From NCBI GenBank assembly GCA_938004065.1, contig CALKWM010000009.1, forward strand, positions 3,330 through 67,329: a DNA stretch of 64,000 nt, in the 5' to 3' direction. The notes under the pieces are model-generated. The model saw nothing but the letters and a program-made list of their open reading frames with translations, had not been told where the DNA came from and made no database searches. This DNA comes from an uncultured bacterium (lineage in GTDB: Bacteria; Patescibacteriota; JAHJAL01). The translations under genes were made by a program, and so were the position numbers. Below, piece by piece: positions 45,389 to 54,729 of the stretch (positions are counted from its first letter, which is position 1; each line of letters starts with the position of its first letter).

Positions 45389-48319
45389 TTAATAAGTCAG
45401 ACTCTGGTCGCCGATATGTTCGTCGAAATCACCGATAAAATCCCACCAGTTTTTTATTTTGTCGTTACCGTCATAGAGATCATTGTCTAGCCCGGGGATA
45501 TTTTGCATCCACCAAACCAGAAATGCTACATTGGCACCATCTTCATTGTATTTATCACAATTGCTTCCACCCCATGTTTTGCAGCTAACCAATTCTTTGT
45601 ATCCCCCATCCGGTTCCCAGTTGGCACAATCCGATTTAACCTCGGTAGTGTTTTTCCAATCGTAATCATATTTACCGTTTGGCGGATAATGTGTCCAACC
45701 ACATCCGGGCTTGATAATTTTATTTGTGGAGTCACTGCCGACGAACTTACCCCAAAATAACAAGTCATCCCAATCGGATGAACTGGTATTGTCTCGGCCG
45801 TCAACATAGTTGAGCACCGCTTCAATCTGGTGAGTGTGGTCTTCCAGCGCCATCCCCACTTCGCGTCCAAAATTGTAGGTGTAGGCGGTATAGGTATTTT
45901 TGCAGATGGGCATATCTTTTTGGCGATAGCTGTTGGAAACATTACCATAGGTGGAATAATTCCATTCACCGTCGATATCGGTACCCATCATCATGTTTGA
46001 TTCCCAACCAACCGGCTCTTCATCTTCGGGAGCATACGCCCAAATCCAAACTTCTTTGACTCCATCATTGTCAACATAATCACAAACATCGATATCATTG
46101 TCCAAGATGTCGTAATAATCAATCATACGGTTACCGGTGTTGTCCCAATAATACTTGTTGGAGACGGGCAATTCCTGCAAAAATTCTTGATCATCAACCA
46201 GATAATAATCTAAAGCCGGGTCAGCGCCCGAGTCTTTGTAACCATGATAGGTACTGCCCTGTTCGAGATAGTAAATCAGGTCTTTGTTGGATTCATCGAT
46301 GTAATCACGTAAATTGTTTAAACTGAGATCTTTCCAGTCTTTCATAACATCGATATCGACATCGTTGTTGTCAACCGGAATATAGCTTAGAGATAATACC
46401 GGCACTTCATAGTCGTTATTGACGTCGTAATCATCATCGTCGTCGTGATCGGTAGTAAAAAATTCAAAATTGGTGTATTGTTTGCTCCTTTCACCGTCAA
46501 TTTCATAAGTTACTTCAAATTTGGCTTCACCATCATAGCGGTATTTGTATTCAGCCACGCCGGAATTGTCGGTATAGACCACAACATCATCGATATCGCG
46601 GCAATTGTTACCGTCTGTGTCGCACCGTTCGCCGGATAACAAAACTTTTTGATTTTCAATTGGATCATCTCCTTCATCATGAACACTGATTTCAACCAAG
46701 GCATAATCGGAGCCGTCACCTTTGATACTAGATCGATTGGCACGAATGTATGAGTTGTCGGGATCGAAATCATTGTCAGAATTGTTGTTATCTTCATATG
46801 ATTTCAATTTACCCCAATAGCGGAAACGATCGTTTTGATATTCAAAACTAAAACGAAAATCAGCTTCATGGCGGGTGGTGAAATACTTGGTGGCTCGACC
46901 GTTGGAATCGGTGGTGAGGTTGTATGAATCTTCGTTATAACCATCTTCATCGGTTTCTTTTTCCATTACTATCAACTCAAACCGTTTGTTTTTGATTGGA
47001 TTGTTGTTGTGATCTTTGATAGTAATATCGACACGAGCTTCATCGTCACCATCGGCCTCGATGTAGCTTTTGTTAATATAGATATCGGAATAATCGTCAC
47101 TGAAATCTTTGTTTTCGTCGAAATCTTTGTCGATTGAGCTAAATTCAACCCAATCTTCGAATTCCTGGGAATTGTACTTGAAACTAAATTCATAGTCGGC
47201 AACAGTTTTGGTGGTAAAGCCATATTTGGCTTTACCGTTGGAATCGGTTTTGATAGTGTAATCGAAATAGTCGTAACTGAGGTCATAGACATCGATTTCG
47301 CGACCCAATAGCGTGATCCATTCGTTTTTGATCGGGTCATCGTTTTTGTCTTTCAAAGTTACCTCGATTGTTTGTTCGTCTTTGCCATCGGACAGGATTT
47401 CGTCGGAATCGATTTCAATGTCGGAGTATTTCTGACTAAAACTGTCGGAATTGTTCTGGTCGTTTTCGTAATTGACCGCGATGGTTAAAACCGGAGCCAG
47501 AGAACCGGGTTCATCAAACCACTGCAGGTTTTCAGCAACTAGCCAGAATTTTTCGGTGAAAAAAGTGGAATTTAAACTAGCCGGTGCTTTGATAGTAAAT
47601 TTAAAATGCCCGATGTCCCCGGGAGAAACATAATCTTCCGTCAGTTCAGCCGGACGATTGTAATTTAACCAGCTATCGTCATAAACATTGCTAGAGCGGT
47701 CTTTGGGACGTGTAGTGGCCAAATGCACCGGGAAAATTGCCGATCGGTTCCATCCTACCGTACCGGTATTTTTGACGGCAAATTCGATTTGTTTTTCTTC
47801 ATTTGCTTTTAAATCGAGATAATAATAATCTATACCGGGAACGATTTCGGCACGATAATTGTTGCTATTGCCGGTAACGTGAATATTCCAACAAATCGGT
47901 TCTTTTTCAATCCAGGACAAATTTTCCAACACCGGATAAAAACATTCGCGATAAGTGCCGTTGGTGGTAGTAGTGGGGATATTGGCGGTAAATGCGAAAG
48001 TATAGGTGTTGTAATTTTTTTCTGTTAGCATGATGCGGTTAAAGGAAATCCATTTATCATAACTGTAAAGCATGCTGTAACGATCACGTGGATCAGCGGT
48101 TCCGAGATGGATGGGATGATAGTAATCATCCCAGCTGGCATAACCGGTATTTTGGATTTTAGTCCAGAGAATAACCGAGTCGCCGGCACGAACTTCGGCG
48201 TCATCGGATTTGGCTTGAATATAGTAATCATATTGTTCACCGGCTTGAGCAATGGTAGCTGTGGCCAAGTTGGAGAGTATTAAAATACTGCCAAACACAA
48301 GGGAAATAAGTTTTCTCAT
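45389..48319 (-). CDS. Secreted acidic surface protein: 2 NBR1-like Ig domains, 3 invasin-type Ig repeats, possible metalloprotease-like C-terminal domain
   Basis: Signal peptide; 'NTG..W...HL(G/A)T..P.DR.S' twice; 'I..DG.D...(I/V).(V/I)T.KD....PI.N' three times; C-terminal 'EDHTHQIE'. Confidence 0.75.
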   Translation of the reverse strand: MRKLISLVFGSILILSNLATATIAQAGEQYDYYIQAKSDDAEVRAGDSVILWTKIQNTGYASWDDYYHPIHLGTADPRDRYSMLYSYDKWISFNRIMLTEKNYNTYTFAFTANIPTTTTNGTYRECFYPVLENLSWIEKEPICWNIHVTGNSNNYRAEIVPGIDYYYLDLKANEEKQIEFAVKNTGTVGWNRSAIFPVHLATTRPKDRSSNVYDDSWLNYNRPAELTEDYVSPGDIGHFKFTIKAPASLNSTFFTEKFWLVAENLQWFDEPGSLAPVLTIAVNYENDQNNSDSFSQKYSDIEIDSDEILSDGKDEQTIEVTLKDKNDDPIKNEWITLLGREIDVYDLSYDYFDYTIKTDSNGKAKYGFTTKTVADYEFSFKYNSQEFEDWVEFSSIDKDFDENKDFSDDYSDIYINKSYIEADGDDEARVDITIKDHNNNPIKNKRFELIVMEKETDEDGYNEDSYNLTTDSNGRATKYFTTRHEADFRFSFEYQNDRFRYWGKLKSYEDNNNSDNDFDPDNSYIRANRSSIKGDGSDYALVEISVHDEGDDPIENQKVLLSGERCDTDGNNCRDIDDVVVYTDNSGVAEYKYRYDGEAKFEVTYEIDGERSKQYTNFEFFTTDHDDDDDYDVNNDYEVPVLSLSYIPVDNNDVDIDVMKDWKDLSLNNLRDYIDESNKDLIYYLEQGSTYHGYKDSGADPALDYYLVDDQEFLQELPVSNKYYWDNTGNRMIDYYDILDNDIDVCDYVDNDGVKEVWIWAYAPEDEEPVGWESNMMMGTDIDGEWNYSTYGNVSNSYRQKDMPICKNTYTAYTYNFGREVGMALEDHTHQIEAVLNYVDGRDNTSSSDWDDLLFWGKFVGSDSTNKIIKPGCGWTHYPPNGKYDYDWKNTTEVKSDCANWEPDGGYKELVSCKTWGGSNCDKYNEDGANVAFLVWWMQNIPGLDNDLYDGNDKIKNWWDFIGDFDEHIGDQSLTY

Positions 48320-48652
48320 GGTATTTAATTTAGTAAATATTTAAAAAATGGTTTTACAAGTTAAAAATAACATAAAATTCTTGATTATTCAATACTGTTA
48401 ATGATTTTTATAATTATTGTTTTTTAATATTGAAGCAACAAAAGTGAGATTATTTAAGAACTACATTTACCGGAAATATAAGAAATTCTTCACTTGGTTG
48501 TGATTATTTACAAAATATTTTACCACAATAGCAACGAGGAAAAATCATTGCAATACATAAATTTTCGTAATTAAAACGAAATCATAATTTCCTCTTAATT
48601 TTTTCTTAAGCAATGATTTGCTAATTTGAAATAAAATATAAGGAGGAATAAA

Positions 48653-50167
48653 ATGTTGGCAAAAATTTTTTCAGGATCGGTAGTCGGTCTGGATGGCAAG
48701 TTAATCGAGGTCGAAGTGGATATCGGCCAAGGTAAACCGTCTTTTTTCATGGTCGGACTGCCGGCCAAAGAGGTGGAAGAGTCCGAGGACAGGATAAAAG
48801 CGGCAATTTTAAATGCCGGATTTATCCTGCCAAATCGACGGGTAACGGTCAATCTGGCGCCGGCCAATATCCGAAAAGAAGGGTCGGGATTTGATTTGCC
48901 GATTGCTATTGGAGTATTGAAAGCTGATCGACAAATTGAGATTGCGGTGTCTTCGGCAATATTTGCCGGGGAGTTATCGTTAAGTGGCGAATTGCGTCCG
49001 ATCAGCGGAGTGTTATCCCTGGCAATCATGGCCAAAGAAAACGGCTTCAAAGAAATATTCGTCCCCAAATCAAATGCCCGAGAAGCCAGTTTAATCGATG
49101 GTGTTGAAGTATATGGAGTAAATGATTTAAGTCAGTTAATACTACATTTATTGGGAGAGAAAAAAATCACGCCGACCAAAGCTTTCAGTGACGAAAAAAT
49201 GGTCGAAATAAAAAGCCAGTTTGACATGTCATATATCAAGGGACAAAATCAAGCCAAACGGGCGCTCTCAATCGCTGCCGCCGGAGGACACAATGTGATA
49301 TTTTCCGGACCGCCCGGTAGTGGGAAAACTTTGTTAGCCAGAACACTGCCGACGATACTGCCGCCACTGACCAAGGAAGAAATGCTGGAGGTAACCCGCG
49401 TTCATAGCGTGGCCGGTTTACTGACAGCGGAAAATGCGTTGATTACTCAAAGACCTTTTCGTAAACCACACCATACATCCAGCTCGGCGGCTTTGGTCGG
49501 GGGAGGAAAAATACCGCGACCGGGCGAAATCAGTCTTTCTCATCGGGGAGTTTTGTTTCTCGATGAATTTCCGGAATTTAGCCGAATCACTTTGGAAGCA
49601 CTAAGACAACCTTTGGAAGACGGGATTATCACCGTCAGTCGAGCGGCGGGAAGTTTGCAATTTCCGGCGTCGATCATACTGGTGGCGGCGATGAATCCAT
49701 GTCCTTGCGGGTACGCCTCTGATCCGGAACGGGAGTGTATTTGCACACCGATAAAAATAATCAATTACCAGAAAAAAATTTCCGGACCACTTTTGGATCG
49801 GATTGATTTGCACATCGAGGTTCCGCGGCTGAAGTATGAAAAACTTAAATCGCAAGAAAAATCACCCACTTCAATCGAGATTCGGGAAATTGTAAAGAAG
49901 GCACGCCAAGTTCAATCGAACAGGTATGCGGATTCACCGACGGTGACCAATTCCGAGATGTCGGCCAGAGAAGTTGAAAATTACTGCAAATTGGAGAAAG
50001 GAGCGGAAGATTTGATCAAAAAGGCGGTGGACCAGATGAACTTATCGGCCCGTAGCTATCATCGGATATTGAAGGTCGGTCGTACTATTGCCGATTTGGA
50101 GGAAGTGGACACGATAACCGCCTCCCACATCGCCGAGGCGTTGCAATATCGAACGAGAGTGGAGTGA
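48653..50167 (+). CDS. comM: YifB/ComM family Mg-chelatase-like AAA+ helicase
   Basis: VNLAPA..RKEG..FDLPIA, GPPGSGKT, PFR.PHH, GEISL.HRGVLFLDE, NPCPCG, SGPLLDRID. Confidence 0.95.
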   Translation: MLAKIFSGSVVGLDGKLIEVEVDIGQGKPSFFMVGLPAKEVEESEDRIKAAILNAGFILPNRRVTVNLAPANIRKEGSGFDLPIAIGVLKADRQIEIAVSSAIFAGELSLSGELRPISGVLSLAIMAKENGFKEIFVPKSNAREASLIDGVEVYGVNDLSQLILHLLGEKKITPTKAFSDEKMVEIKSQFDMSYIKGQNQAKRALSIAAAGGHNVIFSGPPGSGKTLLARTLPTILPPLTKEEMLEVTRVHSVAGLLTAENALITQRPFRKPHHTSSSAALVGGGKIPRPGEISLSHRGVLFLDEFPEFSRITLEALRQPLEDGIITVSRAAGSLQFPASIILVAAMNPCPCGYASDPERECICTPIKIINYQKKISGPLLDRIDLHIEVPRLKYEKLKSQEKSPTSIEIREIVKKARQVQSNRYADSPTVTNSEMSAREVENYCKLEKGAEDLIKKAVDQMNLSARSYHRILKVGRTIADLEEVDTITASHIAEALQYRTRVE

Positions 50168-50248
50168 AAATAAACTTTGTAAACTTTAAACAAATGTAGC
50201 CAAACTTACCAAACTTTAATCACACAAGTTTGATATGTTTGAAATTTG

Positions 50249-50557
50249 CTAAGTTTGATAATTTTTTTTATTTATTTCCAACATCTCATCGAAATTATCC
50301 TCCAGTTCGGATTTATTTTTCTTTTTGTGTCCACATTTCACGCATTCGTGAGTGATTGCATACTCATCTTTTTTCTTTTCCACCCAAACCGGTTTCATGA
50401 GACCACCGCAATTTGCTTCCCTATCACCCGGATTGACGTCAACATGCTTGGAGTATAAACAAAACGGGCAATGGTTGGTGTAACCGTTGCCTTGGACAAA
50501 TTGGCCACAATTTTCACAAATAAAATCTTCGATTTGTCGTTGGAATTTTTTGGACAT
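50249..50557 (-). CDS. RNHCP domain Zn-binding protein
   Basis: F.CENCG...YTNHCPFCLYSKHVD..PGDR...CGGLM.P...H.C.KCG. Confidence 0.92.
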   Translation of the reverse strand: MSKKFQRQIEDFICENCGQFVQGNGYTNHCPFCLYSKHVDVNPGDREANCGGLMKPVWVEKKKDEYAITHECVKCGHKKKNKSELEDNFDEMLEINKKNYQT

Positions 50558-50573
50558 AAAAAAATAATATCTA

Positions 50574-50635
50574 AATCCCCGAAGTCTCATCGATCCCGAT
50601 ATTAACATTCACAAAAATTTATAATCGGGATGGCA
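50574..50635. repeat. Degenerate GATCCCCG..GGATGACA family palindrome
   Basis: AAATCCCCGA ... ATCCCGAT ... ATCGGGATGGCA. Confidence 0.45.
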
Positions 50636-50716
50636 GATGCTATCGTTCCTCGCTTTTGACTCCAAAAATGATAGATTAGAGAAATAATTAGTGCTATTCA
50701 TCGATTGAGAAAAATT

Positions 50717-51757
50717 CTATTGACCAACATCCCCGCTTTCGATAGATTTTAATAGTTTCTTGGCCTTATCTTTGTGTTCTTTTGTAGTTAATTCATGTTC
50801 CTTGATACCGTGTTTATCTTGAAATTGGTCAATATGACTTTTAAATTCGGGAATTTCGCGGGCGATTTCAATAGCTTCGTGATCGGATGCGGTTACCCCC
50901 AAAAGTGGTTTTAATTCCTCCAAGTCTTTGGATGTGCGCTCTTCTCTATTAGTTATGACGGTATCCAACATCAGATCGGCCACTCTGGCTAAATTTTTGT
51001 TTTTCTTGACAAAAACACCTGTTTTGTAAACTGTTTTATAAATTCGCGGAGAGACTTTCAATTTACGTAATAGTGCGGCAGAGCGAGTCATCAGTTTGCA
51101 GGCCTTGACTCCTTTGGAAGCGATCAGACCGTAGCCGGTCGCATCAAGTGCCAAAAAAATACTACCTTCGATAACTTTATATACCTTTTGTTGTTTAGTT
51201 AATGGGTTGCCATACATATCTTTGCCCACCACTCCTTCGGAGATATCGGAGATCGGCCCGGCAAACGGAACCAGTTTTAGACCGGTGATAAAAACAGATT
51301 TTCCGATTGAATCGCTTTTTTCTTTGGATTCGCGGTATTTTTTATCAATTTCCCTATTTTGTTCCCGGAGCCATTCTACGGATTTTTCTTCCAATGATTT
51401 TTTTACCAATTCTCTGGCTTTGGCCAAGTCGGGACAGTTTTTAATACTTTTGGTGAGAATATTTTTAAGAGAATCGATTTTTGTCTGATACCTTTTGGAA
51501 ACCGGCATATCAGGGCTAGGAAATATTACATCCAAATCTTTTTCTTGGAAACCATCGGCAAGCACTTTATCAATTTCATGATCGGTCAAAGAAGGAGTGT
51601 CGGTGATAGCGGTTTTATCGATATTGTAGTCTTGCTCGGGAGAGTGCTCCTGTAGCAATACATCTTCGACGGCTTCTTCGTAGGCTTTACCTTGATTCTG
51701 TAAATAATCCTTGGACTCACTTGTTTGGTCTGATTTTTGTTCGAAGTTTTTGTTCAT
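50717..51757 (-). CDS. Hypothetical protein with pre-toxin TG-like segment
   Basis: 'LVPFAGPISDISEGVVGKDMYGNPLTKQQK..' resembles the PT-TG pattern (P..G...D..E...GKD..G..L). Confidence 0.55.
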   Translation of the reverse strand: MNKNFEQKSDQTSESKDYLQNQGKAYEEAVEDVLLQEHSPEQDYNIDKTAITDTPSLTDHEIDKVLADGFQEKDLDVIFPSPDMPVSKRYQTKIDSLKNILTKSIKNCPDLAKARELVKKSLEEKSVEWLREQNREIDKKYRESKEKSDSIGKSVFITGLKLVPFAGPISDISEGVVGKDMYGNPLTKQQKVYKVIEGSIFLALDATGYGLIASKGVKACKLMTRSAALLRKLKVSPRIYKTVYKTGVFVKKNKNLARVADLMLDTVITNREERTSKDLEELKPLLGVTASDHEAIEIAREIPEFKSHIDQFQDKHGIKEHELTTKEHKDKAKKLLKSIESGDVGQ

Positions 51758-51835
51758 GGTTTCTAAAAAATATTGTTATATTGTAGTATTTCAATGTGTT
51801 TGATATTTGATATCTGAGATTTGAAATTTATCTCT

Positions 51836-51890
51836 AGATCCTGAATCGCTCGAAACGCTCGTAAAACTCGCTTTCGGGTTCAGGATGACA
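51836..51890. repeat. GATCCTGAA..TTCAGGATGACA palindrome overlapping the Clp ATPase stop codon
   Basis: AGATCCTGAATC ... GGTTCAGGATGACA; the minus strand reads TTG TCA TCC TGA (LSS*). Confidence 0.75.
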
Positions 51891-54552
51891 AAATAACTTC
51901 CTCCTCCCCCACTATCTGCATATGCATACCTTCTTTTAATTCACCGGACAGCATTTTGTCGGCGACGACGTTTTTGACCTTGTCTTGGAGAGTGCGGTAG
52001 AGGGCACGGGCCCCGAATTCGGCATTGTAACCCTCGGCGATAAACTGATCCATGGCACTATCGGCAACATCGATGGTGATTTTTTTGTCAGCGAGAGATT
52101 TGTTAATTTTGCCAATCATGATTTGGGCAATTTGTTTGATCTCGTCCGTAGTTAGAGGTTTGAACATGATCACACCATCAAAGCGGTTTAAAAATTCCGG
52201 GCGATAGTAGTTTTTTAATTCTTCCATCAATCGGCTTTCGATCTGTTCAACCGGTAAATTATTTTTGACACCTTCTTGGATGTTGATGGCACCAGCGTTG
52301 GATGTGGCGATAATGATAGCATTATTGAATTTTACTTCCCGCCCCATGCTGTCTTTGATTTTACCCTCATCTAAAACTTGGAGAAACAAGTTTAGAATGT
52401 CCGGATGGGCTTTTTCCAATTCGTCCAACAATACCACGGTAAATGGATTTCTTTTGACGGATTCGGTCAGATACCCCCTCTCTTCGAATTCAGCGCTACC
52501 GGGAGGGGCGCCGATGATTTTTTTGATATCGCCTTTTTCCTGGTATTCACTCATATCGAGACGAACCATGTTGTTCTCATCGGCAAAGTATTCATGCGCC
52601 AAAGCTTTGGTTAATTCCGTTTTGCCGACGCCGGTGGGACCGACAAATAGAAACGAGGCGATCGGTTTGGATTTGTCTTTCAAGCCGGCGCGGGCACGTT
52701 TGATGGCGTCGGCAACTTGTTTAACAGCGATATCCTGCCCGATAACTCGTTTATGTAATTCCGTCTCCAGGTTCAACAATTTGGTAGATTCTGCACCGGT
52801 AACTTGTTCGAGAGGAATATTGGTTTTTTCCTGCATCAGAGCCACAACATCGGCTTTGGTGAGATAAAATCTGTTTTGATTTTTCACGGTTATGGCACAT
52901 TCCTGCAAAACATCGAGGGCTTTACCGGGCAATTTACGATCGGCGATAAAGTCAGCCGAGAGTTCGACAGCGGATTTGACAGCCGGCAGTGTAACCAACA
53001 CATCGGACGAGTTTTCCACGCGATAGGAAATTGATTTGATAACTTCGATTGATTGCGGGATATCCATTTCGTCGATTTCGATCTTGGTCATTTCCGAGAT
53101 GAGTTGTTCATAAGTGGAGATATATTTGGAATATCCTTCGATCGTAGTGGAACCGATAAATTGGATATTGTATTGATTTAAGGTTTCGGTCAAGATACTG
53201 ATGATATCCATGGCGCCGCCGGATGAGGTACGAACGCCGGCCAAGAGATGAAGATCGTCGATAAAGAGGATAATGTTGCCGGCGGAAATGACTTCGTTTA
53301 GTGCTCCCATAAAGTAACGCTCTCCCCCCTGCCCGCCGGAAAATATCTGATTGATGTTTAAGGCAATCAATCTTTTGTCTTTGAGTCGGTCAGGGACGTC
53401 TTCGGCGACCATTTTGTAAGCCAAGCCGTTGACGATAGTGGCTTTACCGACGCCGGCTTCGCCTACCAAGATTAAATTGTTTTGATTCGCTTTTTCGAGA
53501 ATATTGAAAGCGTTAGTGAGCTCTTTGTCTCGTCCGATCAATCTTTCCAAACGTTCGTATTTGGCAAACAAGGTTAAATCCCGACCAAAACTATCCAGAA
53601 TCGGAGTTGGGATAGCTGTCCAAGCACGATTCATGTGTCCTTCCGGCTTGAAGCGAGACACTTCTCGGTAGCGATGAATTTTGGCAATTTGTTGATTGAT
53701 ATTTTCTTGCCAGGTACAAATTTCCAAAATATTTTCGAGACTGATCTTGTACTCGGCAAAAGCATTGGCAATTTCCGGATGAATTTTAACAATCGCTTCG
53801 AGAATATGGTTGAAAGAAACTTTTTCGGAATGGTTATCGGAAGCAATCAGATAGGCACTGATCAATATCCGTTCTATTGTACCGGGAACAAAATTGGTTT
53901 GACTGCTGATTGAATTTTCAATAATATATCTTGTAAATTCTTGAAAATCATTGGGACTGACTTCCATTTTAACAATCAGCCAGTTAAACTCATTGCTGTT
54001 TAACAGCTCATCAAAAAATACCCATTGATTGGGGGCGAGGTGGTATTGGGCGGATTTAATGTAGGTATTATTGATAATTCCGACTAGTTCATCATCAAAT
54101 GACTTGGAGATATCGATATTTTCTTGAGTCAAGTTGTCGGAATCGGAGGAAATATGGTGAATTGGTGGTTTTTTCGGTTCTTGATAAAAGTTGATAAAAG
54201 AAGCAACCAGAAGCGTTCCCAATAGTATCCACCAAATCAGGGGGAGCGGAGCGGAGTAAATAAAAACACCCAGAACGGACTGGTCGTTGGACATGTAGTA
54301 CAAGGCGGACAGAACAAAAATCAATATTACGAGAGTTAGGTTGAGAAAGAAAATCGCTTTTTTAACCAAATTGAAAGTACGAATTGTATCCGGGCCGGTG
54401 ATTTTGGCCGGATTTGTCGGCAGTCCCCAAAACAATTTGGTGGAACCAATCTGGCCATAGAATTTCGCCCCATGACAAGAGGGACAGGCGGGGTTTTCGG
54501 ACGCTTGACAGTCGGGACAGGGAGTAATTTGTAATTGGTCAAATTTAGTCAT
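51880..54552 (-). CDS. Membrane-anchored ClpA/B-like AAA+ ATPase with N-terminal Zn finger
   Basis: CPDC..CPSCHG, two TM helices, Clp N-like region, NBD1 (IGRDKE, GEAGVGKA, LFIDDLH), NBD2 (GPTGVGKT, DMSEY, LDELEKAH, RPEFLNRFD, FGARAL). Confidence 0.9.
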   Translation of the reverse strand: MTKFDQLQITPCPDCQASENPACPSCHGAKFYGQIGSTKLFWGLPTNPAKITGPDTIRTFNLVKKAIFFLNLTLVILIFVLSALYYMSNDQSVLGVFIYSAPLPLIWWILLGTLLVASFINFYQEPKKPPIHHISSDSDNLTQENIDISKSFDDELVGIINNTYIKSAQYHLAPNQWVFFDELLNSNEFNWLIVKMEVSPNDFQEFTRYIIENSISSQTNFVPGTIERILISAYLIASDNHSEKVSFNHILEAIVKIHPEIANAFAEYKISLENILEICTWQENINQQIAKIHRYREVSRFKPEGHMNRAWTAIPTPILDSFGRDLTLFAKYERLERLIGRDKELTNAFNILEKANQNNLILVGEAGVGKATIVNGLAYKMVAEDVPDRLKDKRLIALNINQIFSGGQGGERYFMGALNEVISAGNIILFIDDLHLLAGVRTSSGGAMDIISILTETLNQYNIQFIGSTTIEGYSKYISTYEQLISEMTKIEIDEMDIPQSIEVIKSISYRVENSSDVLVTLPAVKSAVELSADFIADRKLPGKALDVLQECAITVKNQNRFYLTKADVVALMQEKTNIPLEQVTGAESTKLLNLETELHKRVIGQDIAVKQVADAIKRARAGLKDKSKPIASFLFVGPTGVGKTELTKALAHEYFADENNMVRLDMSEYQEKGDIKKIIGAPPGSAEFEERGYLTESVKRNPFTVVLLDELEKAHPDILNLFLQVLDEGKIKDSMGREVKFNNAIIIATSNAGAINIQEGVKNNLPVEQIESRLMEELKNYYRPEFLNRFDGVIMFKPLTTDEIKQIAQIMIGKINKSLADKKITIDVADSAMDQFIAEGYNAEFGARALYRTLQDKVKNVVADKMLSGELKEGMHMQIVGEEEVILSS

Positions 54553-54592
54553 TTAGCATTTTACATTATTTTACATTTATCATTTATTTTGC

Positions 54593-54651
54593 TGTCATCT
54601 TCGATCTGCCTTGTCTGCCCGCCTTGGGTGGGGGTGGAATCGGGGATGACA
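54593..54651. repeat. TGTCATC..GATGACA palindrome with nested 17-mer
   Basis: TGTCATCTTCGAT ... ATCGGGGATGACA; 54615-54631 is the exact reverse complement of 17247-17263. Confidence 0.8.
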
Positions 54652-54729
54652 GAAAAGTTCTAAGTATCAAGGTCTAGTTTCTAATTTTCAAGTGATTTAA
54701 CTTGGAACTTGAAAATTAGATCTTGAAAC

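Noticed and set aside
48320-48652. Replication origin in the AT-rich divergent spacer
   Set aside because: No cluster of TTATCCACA DnaA boxes and no dnaA or dnaN nearby.
52265-52867. 200-aa plus-strand ORF
   Set aside because: Antisense shadow of the Clp ATPase NBD2, with no independent motif.
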